Below are positions 1 through 10,700 of a stretch of 64,000 nt of DNA, piece after piece (within the stretch, counting starts at the first letter, position 1; each line of letters begins with the position of its first letter). Below the pieces are notes generated by a model, which was not told the origin of the DNA, searched no databases, and saw only the letters and a list, made by a program, of their open reading frames with translations. Origin of the DNA: Acidobacteriota bacterium (GTDB taxonomy: Bacteria; Acidobacteriota; JAAYUB01); NCBI GenBank assembly GCA_029565065.1, contig JAKQOW010000131.1, forward strand, positions 6,901 through 70,900, given 5' to 3'. Both the position numbers and the translations under genes were made by a program.

Positions 1-528
1 GGCCTGCTTCACGGTGTCGTGCACCTGGGCGGCGATGCGGCGCAGGTCGAAATCGCCGTAGCGCTCGCTCCAGAGCGTCAGCGCCAGGATGGGTACGTCG
101 TCGATGGAGCGCGGCTTGATGAGCGGCTGGGAGGCGCCTGGCGGGATGAGGTCGAAATTGGCGTACATCTTCTGGTTGAGCTTGACGATGCTGTCTTCCT
201 CGTCTTCGCCGACGTAGAAGCGGACAATGGCCATGGCCATCCCCGAGCTGGAGGTGGAGTAGATGTACTCCACGCCCGGGATCTCCCAGATCAGCTTCTC
301 CATGGGCTTGGTGACCCGCTCCTCGACTTCCTTGGCGCTGGCGCCGGGCATGGCGACGAAGACGTCGAGCATGGGCACCTTGATCTACGGCTCCTCCTCG
401 CGCGGGAGGCGCCACACGGCGAACGCGCCGAGCGCCAGCGAGGCGGCGATGAACAGCGGCGTCAGCTTCGAGTTGATCCACGAGCGGGCGAAGCGGCCCG
501 CGATGCCGAGCGGTTGCGGCTCTTTCAC
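1..528 (-). pseudogene. RND efflux pump (AcrB/CzcA family) N-terminal part, extends beyond window start; reading frame interrupted by in-frame TAG at 385-387
   Basis: Minus-strand translation from GTG at 528-526 gives [47 protein letters not shown], then TAG, then [31 protein letters not shown]... This aligns to the RND N-terminus (TM1 followed by LPxxxYPxIxxPxVxVxxxYPGAsaxxVExxVTxPlE). The GTG start overlaps the TGA stop of the upstream MFP gene (GTGA), and GGAGG lies 7 nt upstream. The gene is partial at the window edge. Confidence 0.6.
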
Positions 529-1673
529 GACCGAACCTCCACCTTCGCCCCGTCGGACAGGTCGGCGGTGACGGGGTAGATGATCGACTCGCCGGCGGCG
601 AGCCCGGAGAGAATCTCGCGGCGGCCGTCGCGTTCGGCGCCGGTGGTGACCATGCGCAGGCGGGCCGTGCCCTGGTCGGCCACGAACACCCACTGCAGCT
701 GGCCGCGGGTCCGGATGGCGTCGGCGGGCACCGCCAGCACGCGGCGGCTGCCCACGGCGAACGCGGCCCGGCCGAACAGGCCGGAGCGCAGGTCCGGCGC
801 GGCCGGCAGGTCGATCTTGACCAGGAAGGCGCGGGCCGCTGGATCGATGGTCGGGACGACGTCGGTCACCCGGGCGTCGATCCGGCGGTTCAAGGCGTCC
901 AGCGTGACAGCGACCGGCGTGCCGGGCCGGATCGAAGCCAGCAGCGATTCATCCACCGACGCTTCCAGACGGTATTCGCCGCGCCGTTCCAGGGTCAGCA
1001 GCGGCACTCCCGGCGCGGCCAGGTTGCCCGGCTGCACGGTCTTGTCTATGACCATGCCGGCGAAGGGCGCGCGGATCTCGGCGTAGCCGGCCATGATCTC
1101 GGCCGATCGGACCCCTTCTTCCGCCTGCCGGATCCTGGCCTGTAGTTGGCTCCGCTTCGACAGAGCCATCTCGTGGTTGGCCTCGGCCATTTTGAGGCGG
1201 GTGACGACCTCGTCGAATTCCTGGCGGGAGATGGAGCTCTTCTCGAACAGGTCGCTCATCCGCCGATGGGTGGCCCGGGCCAGCTCGAGGTTGGCCTCGG
1301 CGGCCCGGATGGCGTTATCCACCTCGGTCATGGCGTCGCGCGCTTCGGCCAGGCCGGCCTGGGCGGCCCGCAGGGCCGCCTCCTGGTCCCGGGCGTCGAG
1401 CAGCACGAGCAGATCGCCCGCGCCCACGGCGTCGCCGGCCTGGACGCGCACCTCGCGCACGTGTCCCATCACCTTGCTCGCGATCGTGGCGCTGGTCCGG
1501 GCGCGCACGGTGCCCACGGCTTCCAGGGTCGCCGGCCATTCGATTGGCTGGACGACCAGAGTCCCGACGGCGACGGGCGTTCCCTGGGCCGGCACGGCGG
1601 CCTTCTCGGGTGCGCCGCCGCAACCCGCCAGCAGGACGACCAGCAGGGCGACAGGCAGAATATTCCGGAACAT
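525..1673 (-). CDS. RND efflux periplasmic adaptor (membrane fusion protein, HlyD family) lipoprotein
   Basis: ORF 525..1772. The likely true start is ATG at 1673, giving [20 protein letters not shown], a lipoprotein signal peptide. It has a coiled-coil centre and a beta-barrel C-terminus typical of MFPs. It sits between the OMF and RND pump genes with overlapping stop/starts. Confidence 0.85.
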   Translation of the reverse strand: MFRNILPVALLVVLLAGCGGAPEKAAVPAQGTPVAVGTLVVQPIEWPATLEAVGTVRARTSATIASKVMGHVREVRVQAGDAVGAGDLLVLLDARDQEAALRAAQAGLAEARDAMTEVDNAIRAAEANLELARATHRRMSDLFEKSSISRQEFDEVVTRLKMAEANHEMALSKRSQLQARIRQAEEGVRSAEIMAGYAEIRAPFAGMVIDKTVQPGNLAAPGVPLLTLERRGEYRLEASVDESLLASIRPGTPVAVTLDALNRRIDARVTDVVPTIDPAARAFLVKIDLPAAPDLRSGLFGRAAFAVGSRRVLAVPADAIRTRGQLQWVFVADQGTARLRMVTTGAERDGRREILSGLAAGESIIYPVTADLSDGAKVEVRS

Positions 1674-1768
1674 AGGATTGAACCTCCCTGAATTGAATGC
1701 GGCGGAATGGAATCGACGGATCCCGGCGTTGTTTAGTTGCTGCGTCATGGCGCTGTTCCTCCAGACGT

Positions 1769-3160
1769 TCACTGGAAGAGGGGGCTGTCGAGGTTCAGCC
1801 GACCGGCCGCCAGCTCGAGGTTGGCGTGGGCCAGGTGGTACTGGTAGATCGCCTGGCTCAGGCTGGTGCGGGCGGCCGTCAGCGCCGTCTCGGCGTTCAG
1901 CAGATCGGTGAGGGTGGCCAGGTCCGCCTCGTAGCGGTCCTTCATGATCCGCAGGCTTTCGTCCGCCTGGGCCACCGCCTCCGCGGCGACCTGGTGCTGC
2001 TGGTGGGCGGTGCCCATGCGGAGGAAGGCATCCTTGACCTGCAGGCCGATGAGCTGAGTCAGGCGCCGGAGCTGCGACTCGCGGGCGCGAGTGTTGGCCT
2101 CGGCCTCGGCCACCTTGGCTCCCTTGTACATGCCGTCGAAGATGTTGTACGACAGCTGCACGCCGAGCAGGTAGTTGGTGCCGGAGGAACTGGACCGCGT
2201 GCCCTGGTCGTATTCGAACGTGGCGAAGGCGCCGACCTGCGGCCGGTTGTAGCCGCGGGCCTCGTTGACCTGCTCCCGGCCGATGGCGATGGCGCGCTCC
2301 AGTTCCGCGATCTCCGGTCGGTTGGCCAGGGCGGCGGCCAGCAGCGACGCCTCGTCGGGCAGTGCGTCGCCCCGCATCGCCAGCGGCGTGGCCGGTTCGA
2401 AGACCTCGCCGAGCTGACGGCCCGTGTCGATGTCCAGGGCGGTGACGCTCAGCCGGAGGTGGTTTTCCGCCTCGAGCAGTTGCCGTCTCACGTCGGCGAT
2501 GTGGACCTGCATGCGGAGCAGGTCCGACTTCACCACCAGCCCCGAGTCGAACATGTTCTGGATGCGGGCGAGGCTGGCTTCGGCGGACCGGCGGGCGGCC
2601 TGGACGGTCTCCAGGTTCTGCCGGGCGAGCTGGATGGCGTAGTAGTGGGTGACCACCTCCAGCAGGAGTTGCTGCTGGGTTTGGTCCAGCCGTTCGGCGG
2701 CGATCTCCTCGCCCAGCCGGGCCATGGCGCGCCGCGCCTGCGTCTGGCCGCCCTGCCAGATCGACTGGTACAGGGTGAGCTCGGTCTTGAAGTTGTTGAT
2801 GGGATCCGGATTGTTCAGCATCTCGATGTCGAAGTCGGAGGCGGCGAACTTCTCCTGGGTCAGCTTCGATCCGAAAACATAAATCGGGTTGTTGCCGTTG
2901 GTGAAGCTCTCTCTGAAGTCGAGGCGCGGCAACTGCTGCGATTTCGCCTGCCGGCTCACCTGACGCGCGGCCTCCTGCTGCTCCCGGACCGCCTGAACCG
3001 ACGGATTGTGGGCCAGAGCCAGCTCCGCGGCCTCGCGGAGCGTGAGGGGACGCGGTCCGGGCGCATCCGCGGCGGCCAGCCAGGCCCCGAGCATCGCCAG
3101 CACCAGCCAGGACGACGCCAGTCTGCGGGGTGTCATCGCCATCTTGAGCTCCTTGATCAT
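1769..3160 (-). CDS. Outer membrane efflux protein (TolC-like OMF)
   Basis: The 463-aa product has a signal peptide and two repeated helical/beta OMF halves. It begins ...LTLREAAELALAHNPSVQA... and ends ...YQYHLAHANLELAAGRLNL, the TolC-family pattern. Alternative ATG starts lie at 3142 and 3136. Its stop overlaps the MFP start. Confidence 0.85.
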   Translation of the reverse strand: MIKELKMAMTPRRLASSWLVLAMLGAWLAAADAPGPRPLTLREAAELALAHNPSVQAVREQQEAARQVSRQAKSQQLPRLDFRESFTNGNNPIYVFGSKLTQEKFAASDFDIEMLNNPDPINNFKTELTLYQSIWQGGQTQARRAMARLGEEIAAERLDQTQQQLLLEVVTHYYAIQLARQNLETVQAARRSAEASLARIQNMFDSGLVVKSDLLRMQVHIADVRRQLLEAENHLRLSVTALDIDTGRQLGEVFEPATPLAMRGDALPDEASLLAAALANRPEIAELERAIAIGREQVNEARGYNRPQVGAFATFEYDQGTRSSSSGTNYLLGVQLSYNIFDGMYKGAKVAEAEANTRARESQLRRLTQLIGLQVKDAFLRMGTAHQQHQVAAEAVAQADESLRIMKDRYEADLATLTDLLNAETALTAARTSLSQAIYQYHLAHANLELAAGRLNLDSPLFQ

Positions 3161-3190
3161 AAATATAGTGCGTGTTGCATCATGATTTTC

Positions 3191-3664
3191 TCAGCGAATG
3201 GTCCACGCGGGTTCCATCGCCCCGATCAGCCGGCGGCAGCGAGCCGCCTCCGTCTCGTCCTCCAGCAGCTCCGCCAACACCATCCGGGTGCAGACGGTGG
3301 CTCCGGGATCGGCGTGACGACACAAGTCGCCCAGCCGGACCCGAAGGCCGCCGATGAATTCTGCGGGAAAACGGCGGCCGTACTGGCGGATCCGGCCGGT
3401 GTCCAATGCCGGGCTCGCCGACAGGATCCGGTGGACGGTGTCGGAAACGTCCCGGCAGCGCAACTGCACGGCGTGGCAGACGAGCAGGGCATAGAGGGCC
3501 TGCTCCCGCTGGACTTCATCCGCGGCCAGCGCCTCGAATATGGGGACCGCACGATCCGTTTGGCCTTCCGCCAGGTATTTGTTGGCCAGCATCGCATTCA
3601 TGGTGTCGTCGGCAACCTCCTCAGCGCACTCGTGACCTCGAGTCCATTGCATTTCAAGTGCCAA
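3191..3664 (-). CDS. Hypothetical protein, possibly helical/TPR-like; start uncertain (TTG at 3664, or internal ATG about 63 nt downstream)
   Basis: The 157-aa ORF has high GC3 and consistent codon usage. I recognise no family by eye. The annotated TTG start is embedded in a sigma-54-like TTGGCAC-N5-ATGCA motif, so the real start may be internal. Confidence 0.4.
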   Translation of the reverse strand: MALEMQWTRGHECAEEVADDTMNAMLANKYLAEGQTDRAVPIFEALAADEVQREQALYALLVCHAVQLRCRDVSDTVHRILSASPALDTGRIRQYGRRFPAEFIGGLRVRLGDLCRHADPGATVCTRMVLAELLEDETEAARCRRLIGAMEPAWTIR

Positions 3665-3820
3665 TTGCGCATTAACTATGTAATATATTTTAAATCAAAT
3701 AATTAGATCGAATAGAGCACTAAATTGAATGTTGCGCGTGTGTTGCAATTAGAAACTTGTGTTGCGTTAAAATGCAACTATATGCAACTCCCGATTCGTT
3801 GTCTTCAGTCTGGTGGGGAT
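3665..3820. promoter_or_regulatory. AT-rich intergenic region with repeated TGTTGCG / TTGCAAT / ATGCAAC motifs and a perfect inverted repeat GTTGC-N8-GCAAC (about 3760-3777); a probable promoter/operator region
   Basis: This is a sharply low-GC island in a high-GC context. It lies between the kinase stop (3821) and the start of the upstream minus-strand gene. It contains several direct and inverted repeats visible by eye. Confidence 0.4.
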
Positions 3821-6355
3821 TTACAGTGATCGTGTCTTTCGGTAAACGATGTCCCGGAGAAATTCCTTGAGCTCTTCGCTGGCGGGGCTGAGCGGGATGA
3901 GCGAGTTGACGATGTCCAGCGCCTCGTCGATCCGTTGTTCCTTCAGAGCGATGCGCGCTTTCTCCATCTCCGCCTTGATGTGCTCCTCTTTTCGGTTTTC
4001 CATGTCCAGGTTGTCTTTCAGTTCCTGGAACACGGGCTCGTCTTTCATGAGCTTGAGGCTGAGGGTGCTGTCCAGAAGCGCGGCGGCCTCCTGGAAGGAG
4101 CCCGCGGCAATGGCTTTTTCGATCTTCTCCTGCTGTAGGCTGACCAGGCGTTTCTTGAGTGCCTGCGACAACGTGATCAGGGCGTCTTCGTTGGGGAATC
4201 GGTCCATCAGGGTCAGGGCGAGCTCCGCCGCCTGGTACAATTCGCCGTTTTTCTCGAGGCGGTCCAGTTCCTCGAGGCCGGTAAGCAGCTCCTCGCGATC
4301 GCGCGTCTCCTTGTCGGACTTGATCTTCAGGTAATTGGTGTACAGGAACGTGTGCTCCGGATTCTGCGCCATCAGCTCGCGGATGATCTCCAGCGCCTTG
4401 TCATAGGCGCCCTTCGAGGCCAGGTTCACGGCGCTGGCCAGCCGGGACTGGCTGCATTCGAGCAGATCTTCGTTCTGGAAGCTCAGCCGCAGGTTGTCCA
4501 GTTCATGCTTGAAGATCGACACCTGCTTTTCGTTCGGATACGCTTCGGTGACCAGCTTGTACAGCTCCTCCGCCTTGCCGAGTTCGCGCGCGTCCAGCGC
4601 GTCGCGGATTTCGCTGAATGACCGCTGGAGCTCGATCTGATTGGCCACCTCGATCATCTTCTCTTCGAACGGCGCCGTGCCGGGGAACTTGTCCAGCAGT
4701 TTCATGAGATAGATCTGCGCCTGTTCCGTCTGATCGGACTTGAGCAGGGTGTTGACGATCTTGATCTGGTCGCTGACGAAATGCTGCATCGATTCCTGAC
4801 GGTCCTGCTCCAGCTTGGTGGCCATCAGGGTGTTGTACTTCTCCACAAGCTCCCGGTTTTTGGAATACATGCGGAGCAGGGGCCGCAGCAGCGCCACGGC
4901 CTCCTCCAACCGGCCCGACTCCTCCAGCGGAACCAACTGTTCGAACAGGGAGTCGATGTCGCTCTTCTCGCGACGGTTCTCCAGGTGCTCGCGGCGGGCG
5001 ATGTAGTCCTTCACTTTGCCGAAGAGACGGTTCCCCGCCTCGATATGGGCGGCGAGTTCATCCCAGCTGCCGCGGTTGGCCAGTTTCTCGCCCTCTTCCG
5101 CCCACTCGTTGATCTGCCACGTTGACTCCCGCGTGGAGATCAACCGGTCCAGCTTGCTGATCTGGGGCGACGACGGATCGAGCTTGAGCAGCGTCTCCAG
5201 CTCCAGCCGGGCCAGTTGGAAGTTGTCCTCGTCGAGGAGCCGCAGCGCATCCTGGTAGTGCTTTTGGAACATGGCCCGCTTGTCGAAGGATTCTTTCTCC
5301 TGGCGCAGCTGGCGGTAATAGGTCTGGAATTCGGGATCGTGCTGGTAGGTCTTGTGATGCTCCTTGAGGAGTCCGATCGCCTCGGTCAACCGGCCGTCCG
5401 ACGCCAGCGCCCGGCTCTGGTTGAGCAGCTCGCTGAGCGTCAGCCAGGATTTGGTGTCGGACCCTTTCTTCTCTCCGGACCTGGGCGAGGCCGCCGGTTC
5501 CACCGTCACGGTCTGCTGGAGCTGGAGCGTGTCGTCGGCCGCGACCGTCGCATAGAGCTGGGACAGCACCCGGCCGAATTCGTCGAGGTTGGGATAGCGC
5601 TTCTCGCGGTCTTTCTGGAGGCTCCGCAGGACGGCGGTCTCCAGCGCCTCGGGACAGTCGTCGCGGATGGCCCGGATGGGGATGGGCGGCTTGTTGAGGA
5701 TGGCCTGGATCGTGGTGGGAATGTCTTTTTCCAGAAACGGCTTGTTGCCCGTGATCAGCTCGTACAGGATCACCCCGAGCGAATACTGGTCCACGCGGCC
5801 GTCCACCTTCTGACCGATGATCTGTTCGGGGGGCATGTAGCCGAGCGAGCCCAGCAGCATGCCGGCCTGGGTCATGGTGGACGTCAGGACGTGAGCCACG
5901 CCGAAATCCAGGATCTTCACCAGACCGTCGGAGCAGATGAAGATGTTCGCCGGCTTGATGTCGCGGTGGACGACCCCGTTCTGATGAGCGAAATGCAGTC
6001 CCTTGCTCGTCTGGATGGCGATGTTCAGGAGCTTCCGATAGGGCCAGCGCTGGTTGGACTGCATCATGGTCTTCAGGTCGGTCCCGTTGAGCAGCTCCAT
6101 GACGATGTAGGGCGTCTTCTGCTCCTCGCCCAGCTCGAAGATGGTGATGATGTTCGCGTGCCGCAGGCTGCCGGCCGCCTTGGCCTCGGTGTTGAAGCGC
6201 TTGCGGAGCTGCGGGTCCGTCATCAGCTCCGACGTCATGGTCTTGATGGCGACCTTGCGCTCAAGAGCGGTGTCGAAGGCGATGTAGATCACGCCCATCG
6301 ACCCCTTTCCGAGGGTTCCCTGGATCTGGTACTTGCCCAGTGATTTGTGCTGCAT
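3821..6355 (-). CDS. Ser/Thr protein kinase (Hanks type) with about 570-aa C-terminal TPR/coiled-coil repeat region
   Basis: The N-terminus carries the glycine loop LGKGSMGVIY, VAIK, the catalytic loop HRDIKPANIF, DFG (DFGVA) and APE-like GYMPPE. The C-terminus is a long helical repeat region. The stop is TAA. Confidence 0.9.
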   Translation of the reverse strand: MQHKSLGKYQIQGTLGKGSMGVIYIAFDTALERKVAIKTMTSELMTDPQLRKRFNTEAKAAGSLRHANIITIFELGEEQKTPYIVMELLNGTDLKTMMQSNQRWPYRKLLNIAIQTSKGLHFAHQNGVVHRDIKPANIFICSDGLVKILDFGVAHVLTSTMTQAGMLLGSLGYMPPEQIIGQKVDGRVDQYSLGVILYELITGNKPFLEKDIPTTIQAILNKPPIPIRAIRDDCPEALETAVLRSLQKDREKRYPNLDEFGRVLSQLYATVAADDTLQLQQTVTVEPAASPRSGEKKGSDTKSWLTLSELLNQSRALASDGRLTEAIGLLKEHHKTYQHDPEFQTYYRQLRQEKESFDKRAMFQKHYQDALRLLDEDNFQLARLELETLLKLDPSSPQISKLDRLISTRESTWQINEWAEEGEKLANRGSWDELAAHIEAGNRLFGKVKDYIARREHLENRREKSDIDSLFEQLVPLEESGRLEEAVALLRPLLRMYSKNRELVEKYNTLMATKLEQDRQESMQHFVSDQIKIVNTLLKSDQTEQAQIYLMKLLDKFPGTAPFEEKMIEVANQIELQRSFSEIRDALDARELGKAEELYKLVTEAYPNEKQVSIFKHELDNLRLSFQNEDLLECSQSRLASAVNLASKGAYDKALEIIRELMAQNPEHTFLYTNYLKIKSDKETRDREELLTGLEELDRLEKNGELYQAAELALTLMDRFPNEDALITLSQALKKRLVSLQQEKIEKAIAAGSFQEAAALLDSTLSLKLMKDEPVFQELKDNLDMENRKEEHIKAEMEKARIALKEQRIDEALDIVNSLIPLSPASEELKEFLRDIVYRKTRSL

Positions 6356-6401
6356 GCCGCCCGTTCCGATCTGCTGAGAAAGACAAAGTCATTATAGCAA
6401 A

Positions 6402-6430
6402 CGGACCACCTGTGACAATCGATTTCCGAA
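6402..6430 (+). promoter_or_regulatory. Candidate sigma-70 promoter GTGACA-N17-TAGAAT upstream of the MFS gene
   Basis: A manual hexamer match with 17-nt spacing, about 100 nt upstream of the ATG at 6528, in a moderately AT-rich divergent intergenic region. Confidence 0.3.
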
Positions 6431-6527
6431 TTGCTAGAATACATTCCGCCCGTAAGCAGTGGTTTTTAGGGCAATCCGGATTTTCCCGCTCGAGCGGGAC
6501 GAAAAACGCGGGGTGTAGGCCACCGGC

Positions 6528-7763
6528 ATGCTGCGACACGTGATCAGCCTGTATCGGGATGCGTTCGGGGGATTGGCCCGTGAGACCTGGGTGCTGGTGG
6601 CGGTGGCGCTCGTCAATCGCGCCGGAACCATGGTGCTGCCCTTCCTGACGCTGTATCTAACCCGGGAGCTTCGGTTCGACAAGAGCGAGGCGGGCTGGGT
6701 GATCTTCGCGTTCGGTCTCGGGTCGGTGATCGGCACCTTCGCCGGGGGCCGACTGAGCGACCGGGTGGGGGCGATCCCCGTCCAGCTCTTCAGCCTGATT
6801 GCCGGCGGGGCGGGCTTTTTGCTGCTGGGGCTGCTGCGCACGGTGCCCGCGCTCATGGCGGGTTTCGCCGCGCTGGGGATGCTGGGCGACGCGTTCCGGC
6901 CGGCCTGCATGACGGCGGTGGCCGAATCGGCGTCACCCGAGACGCGCACCCGCGCTCTGACGCTCCTCCGGATGGCCATCAATCTGGGCATTACGGTGGG
7001 GCCGCTTGTCGGGGGCATGCTGGCTCTCGTCGATTACTTCTGGCTGTTCGTGGTGGACGGGAGCACCTGCTGCCTGGCGGCCGCACTGCTCTGGGTGACG
7101 GTGGGGCGCCGGTACCGACGCCAGGGCGCCGCGGCGGCTCCGGCGGCACCGGTCTCACCCGGGCCGCCGGCGCGGAAGCGGGACTGGCCGTTCCTGGGGC
7201 TGCTGGCGGTGCTGTTCGGGCTGGCCATGGTGTTCTTCCAGACGATGGGGACGCTGCCGCTGTACTACCGGGAGCATTTCGGCCTGCTGGAAAACCGAAT
7301 TGGGATGTTGTTCGGGCTCAACGCCCTGATCATCGTGATCGTGGAGATGGTCCTCGTCCATCGGCTGCAGCAGTGCGATCATCTCCGGATGATGGGCTGG
7401 GGCTGCCTGCTGGTCTGCCTCGGCTTCGGCCTGATGCCGTGGGGCTCGGGCTGGCCGTACGCGGTTTTCACGGTGCTGGTCTGGACCGCCGGCGAGATGT
7501 TGGCGCTGCCGTTCGCCAACAGCCTGGTGGCGGCCCGCGCCGGCACGACCGACGTGGGGCGGTACATGGGGGCCTACACGGCGCTGTTCGCCGTGGCGCT
7601 GGTGATCGCACCGGCGACGGGGCTCTGGATCTACGCCCGGTTGGGCGGCACCGCCCTATGGTCCGCGGCCGGAGTGCTCGGGCTGGTCCTGTGGGCCGGG
7701 TGCGCAGCCCTGGCGCCGCGGTTCCGCGTGCACGGGCGCCCGGCCGGTCCGGCCGGGCGTTGA
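6528..7763 (+). CDS. MFS transporter
   Basis: The 411-aa product has 12 predicted TM segments. It carries MFS signatures (GxLaDRxGrr-like GGRLSDRVG after TM2) and a cytoplasmic loop between its two six-TM halves. Confidence 0.85.
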   Translation: MLRHVISLYRDAFGGLARETWVLVAVALVNRAGTMVLPFLTLYLTRELRFDKSEAGWVIFAFGLGSVIGTFAGGRLSDRVGAIPVQLFSLIAGGAGFLLLGLLRTVPALMAGFAALGMLGDAFRPACMTAVAESASPETRTRALTLLRMAINLGITVGPLVGGMLALVDYFWLFVVDGSTCCLAAALLWVTVGRRYRRQGAAAAPAAPVSPGPPARKRDWPFLGLLAVLFGLAMVFFQTMGTLPLYYREHFGLLENRIGMLFGLNALIIVIVEMVLVHRLQQCDHLRMMGWGCLLVCLGFGLMPWGSGWPYAVFTVLVWTAGEMLALPFANSLVAARAGTTDVGRYMGAYTALFAVALVIAPATGLWIYARLGGTALWSAAGVLGLVLWAGCAALAPRFRVHGRPAGPAGR

Positions 7764-7773
7764 GCGGCGCCGC

Positions 7774-10700
7774 TCACGGCGCGGTCGAGTCCTCCGGGGA
7801 CACGGCCGCCGTGTCCGTTTTCCCGAACCGGATGGTAAACCGCTCCTCCGCATGCGGTCCCTTCGCCTTCACCGCATCCCCCTTGAATACCGCCCAACCG
7901 CCCAGGTCGCGCTGGAACCGGCGGGTCATGGCGTGGAGCTGGAGTTGGGAATTGGCGGCGAACAGGTAGAGGACCCGTTTCGGGTTGAAGGGGTTGGGGA
8001 GCACGAGCACCAGCCCGTCATCCGGATCGGTGTAGACGCGATCTTGCCAGCGGAACCAGTTGCGGCCGAAGGCGGCCGGCAGACGGCCCGACTGGGCGAG
8101 ACTGGCGGCCAGCGCGTTGTCGCTGGGGCTGCCCATTACGATCAGGTCGTGCGCGGCCGTGTCCGGTGCCGAGAGCTCGCAGTCCTTATGAACCGGCGGC
8201 AGGATCTCGGCATACGCGTCGGCCAGCGTGAGGGCCCAGCGGTCGGCGGCGGAGTGGTTCGCCTCCACCTGTCGGGTGGTTCCGTAGATGATCCAGGTGT
8301 CGTGAAAGTCGTCGATGAAATTGGACCAGGTGTAATACTGTTCCCGGTTCACAGGGATGTCGAAGCCGGGGTTGAAGGTGATCGCGTCGGGTGGCTCCGC
8401 CAGCGTGAAGCGGAACTTCTGGTCCGGCGCGTCAACTTCCAGAATCTCATAGCGGATCTGCTGGCCCGTCCGGATGGCCAGGGCGGTGATGAAATGGTAC
8501 GGCGACCCGTTCTGGTGGACGCTCACGGTGAGCTCGACGCCCGAATCGGTGGGGGCGGAAACGGCCGCGGTGACTCGGGGATCCGGCAGGTCGTCCCGAT
8601 CGGTCCACTGGCGGACGAACGCCGTCAGCTCGCGATCGGCGGCCAGGCCGGCCGTCGCGATAAACTGGGCGGTGGTCATGGGTGTGTCGGCGTACTGGTC
8701 GTGCACCGCCGCCATGACGCGGGCGAACGCCGCGTTGCCCAGCAGGAGCCGGAGCTGGTGGAGCAGGTAGATGCCCTTGATGCGCGGCACCTGATACGGC
8801 GTGTAGCGGTCGTAGGCGCGGCGGGCCGCGGCAGGGGCCAGCGTGCCCTCCCGGGCGGTCAGGTACAGGTACCGGTCGTTGAGCTCGCCGAAGATCTGGC
8901 GCAACTGGGTCTCCACGTCCGCGGCCTTTTCCGGAAAATCCCGCAAGATCCGCCAGTAGGCGGCTGAGCCGGAGACGAACCAGTTCTCGGCGTCGGTGGC
9001 CGGCATCACGGTGTTGTGCCACAGCTGCTCGCGCGGGTAGGCCAGACAGCCGGCGATCGCCTGCCGATCCAGCTCCGGATCGACAGGCCGGGCCGGCGGC
9101 TCGGGTGCCAGGGCCCGGGCGGCGTGCAGCCGCTCGGTGATGACGACCGGGCTGAAGGCCGTCCAGCCCAGGGCCAGGTGCGGCTGCGCGCCCGGCAGGT
9201 CGGGGATCCAGCGACCGCCGACGGTTTTGTCCCGCAAGGTGGCCTTGCCGTGGTGCGCCAGGAAAACGAGCTGCTCGGCCATCTCGGCGGTGGTGACCTT
9301 GGCGTCGCAGGCATGGGCGCGGTTGATGGGTGAGGAGGCGGCGAGATTGGCTGCGGCGATGGAATCGATGCGGCCGTCGCCGAAGCGGCGATAGAATTCA
9401 TTGAAGGCGACGTCACGGTTCCAGGGGCCGAACGCGAGATCGTACGGGGCGTTTTCAGGGTGGGCAATATACTCCCGCGTCACCGCCGGGTCGCGGTTGT
9501 TGTTGTTGGCCCAGATGAAGTCGCGCAGGCCGCCCGGCGTGTCCGCGACGGCGGCGGCGGTGCCGGTGCGCCACAGCCGTGAGGCATGGGTGCCCAGCAG
9601 CAGGACGGCGCCCTCGTCGGTCTTGGCGTCGGCCATGGTCCAGTCGTTGGTGTACATCCCGTTGTTGTGCTCTCGCAGGATGGCGCAGGCCTCGTCGATG
9701 CTCGACGCGTACTGGGCGGCCTTGCGGATGCGGTTCGCCTGGGGTGTCCCCTCGGCGTTGAAAGGGGTCTGCCCCACGGTGGTCTCTCCGATGACGAGGC
9801 CGGCCGCGTTGATGTAAAAGTCGGCGCCGGAGTGAATGCCGCCGGGAAACGTCTGGTACACCAGCCGGTGGCCGGCGCTGGGCTGGACGTCGACGATGAT
9901 GTTCCAGTGGACGCCCGTGTAGCCGTTCCACATGAAGAGCTGGTTGAAGACGAACCGGCTGTCCGTGGTGGCCGTGCGGGTGGCCACCATGGAGGAGCAG
10001 CGGTTCCGATCGGCCGGGACGTCCATCTCCTCCTCGGGCTTCAGGAACTTCCGGCCGCTCAGCGCGTGGGGGGTGCGGTCCAGCGCGTCCTCCAGGCTGT
10101 CGAGATCGATGAAGGCGTTGATCGTCACGAGGTCCACCAGGTCCAGCGGCCGGCCGTCGTAGCGGGCACCCGCGGCGGCGGCCCCGTCGGCGATGCCGCG
10201 CATCTCCAGGAGGAACTCCTCGTCGAACCGGCGGAGGAAGAGGGCGTCCGCCATGAAGCGCAGCTGCTGCCAGCCGCGGGCCGGCTCCTGAGCGTGGCGC
10301 TGCACGGCCAGCTTGGACAGGTACTGGACGATCTCGTCGGCGACCAGCGAGCCGTACTGGAAGCCGCGGGCGTACGGTTCGCCCTCGATGTGGACGAAGG
10401 TCCAGCCCTGGTCGTCGTAGCGGTAGGCCGGCCCGTGCCAGCGGACCGTCTCCAGGGGGATGAACTCGGCGATATCCGTCACTTCCTCGAGACGCAGCTC
10501 GTCGAACCAGGCGCGGCCCGTGGCGGTGCCATTGCGGCCCAGGTGCAGCTGGACGCGGTCCACGCCCTTCGTGGCGATGAAGACCGTGCTCACCGCGGTC
10601 CAGTCGGAATCGGCGCCCACGGCCGGGGCGTGATTGGTGAAGGGGAAGGAGAGCATGCTCAGGGTGGCGGGCACGGCGGTGGGATACCGGCTGAGCGGGT

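Noticed and set aside
385-387. Possibility that the in-frame TAG in the RND gene reflects amber stop-codon reassignment
   Set aside because: TAG clearly terminates at least two other well-supported genes in the window (stops at 23728 and 40868). Most genes end in TGA or TAA normally.
19-693. Track ORFs 19..579(+), 263..571(+), 580..1086(+) and most of 385..693(-), overlapping the RND/MFP genes
   Set aside because: They are antisense or off-frame to strongly supported efflux genes, with Arg/Pro/Gly-rich translations typical of spurious high-GC ORFs. Only the 385..528 part of 385..693(-) is real, as the RND N-terminus.
6434-7018. ORF 6434..7018(-) antisense to the MFS gene start
   Set aside because: It overlaps a well-supported MFS transporter and has a low-complexity translation.
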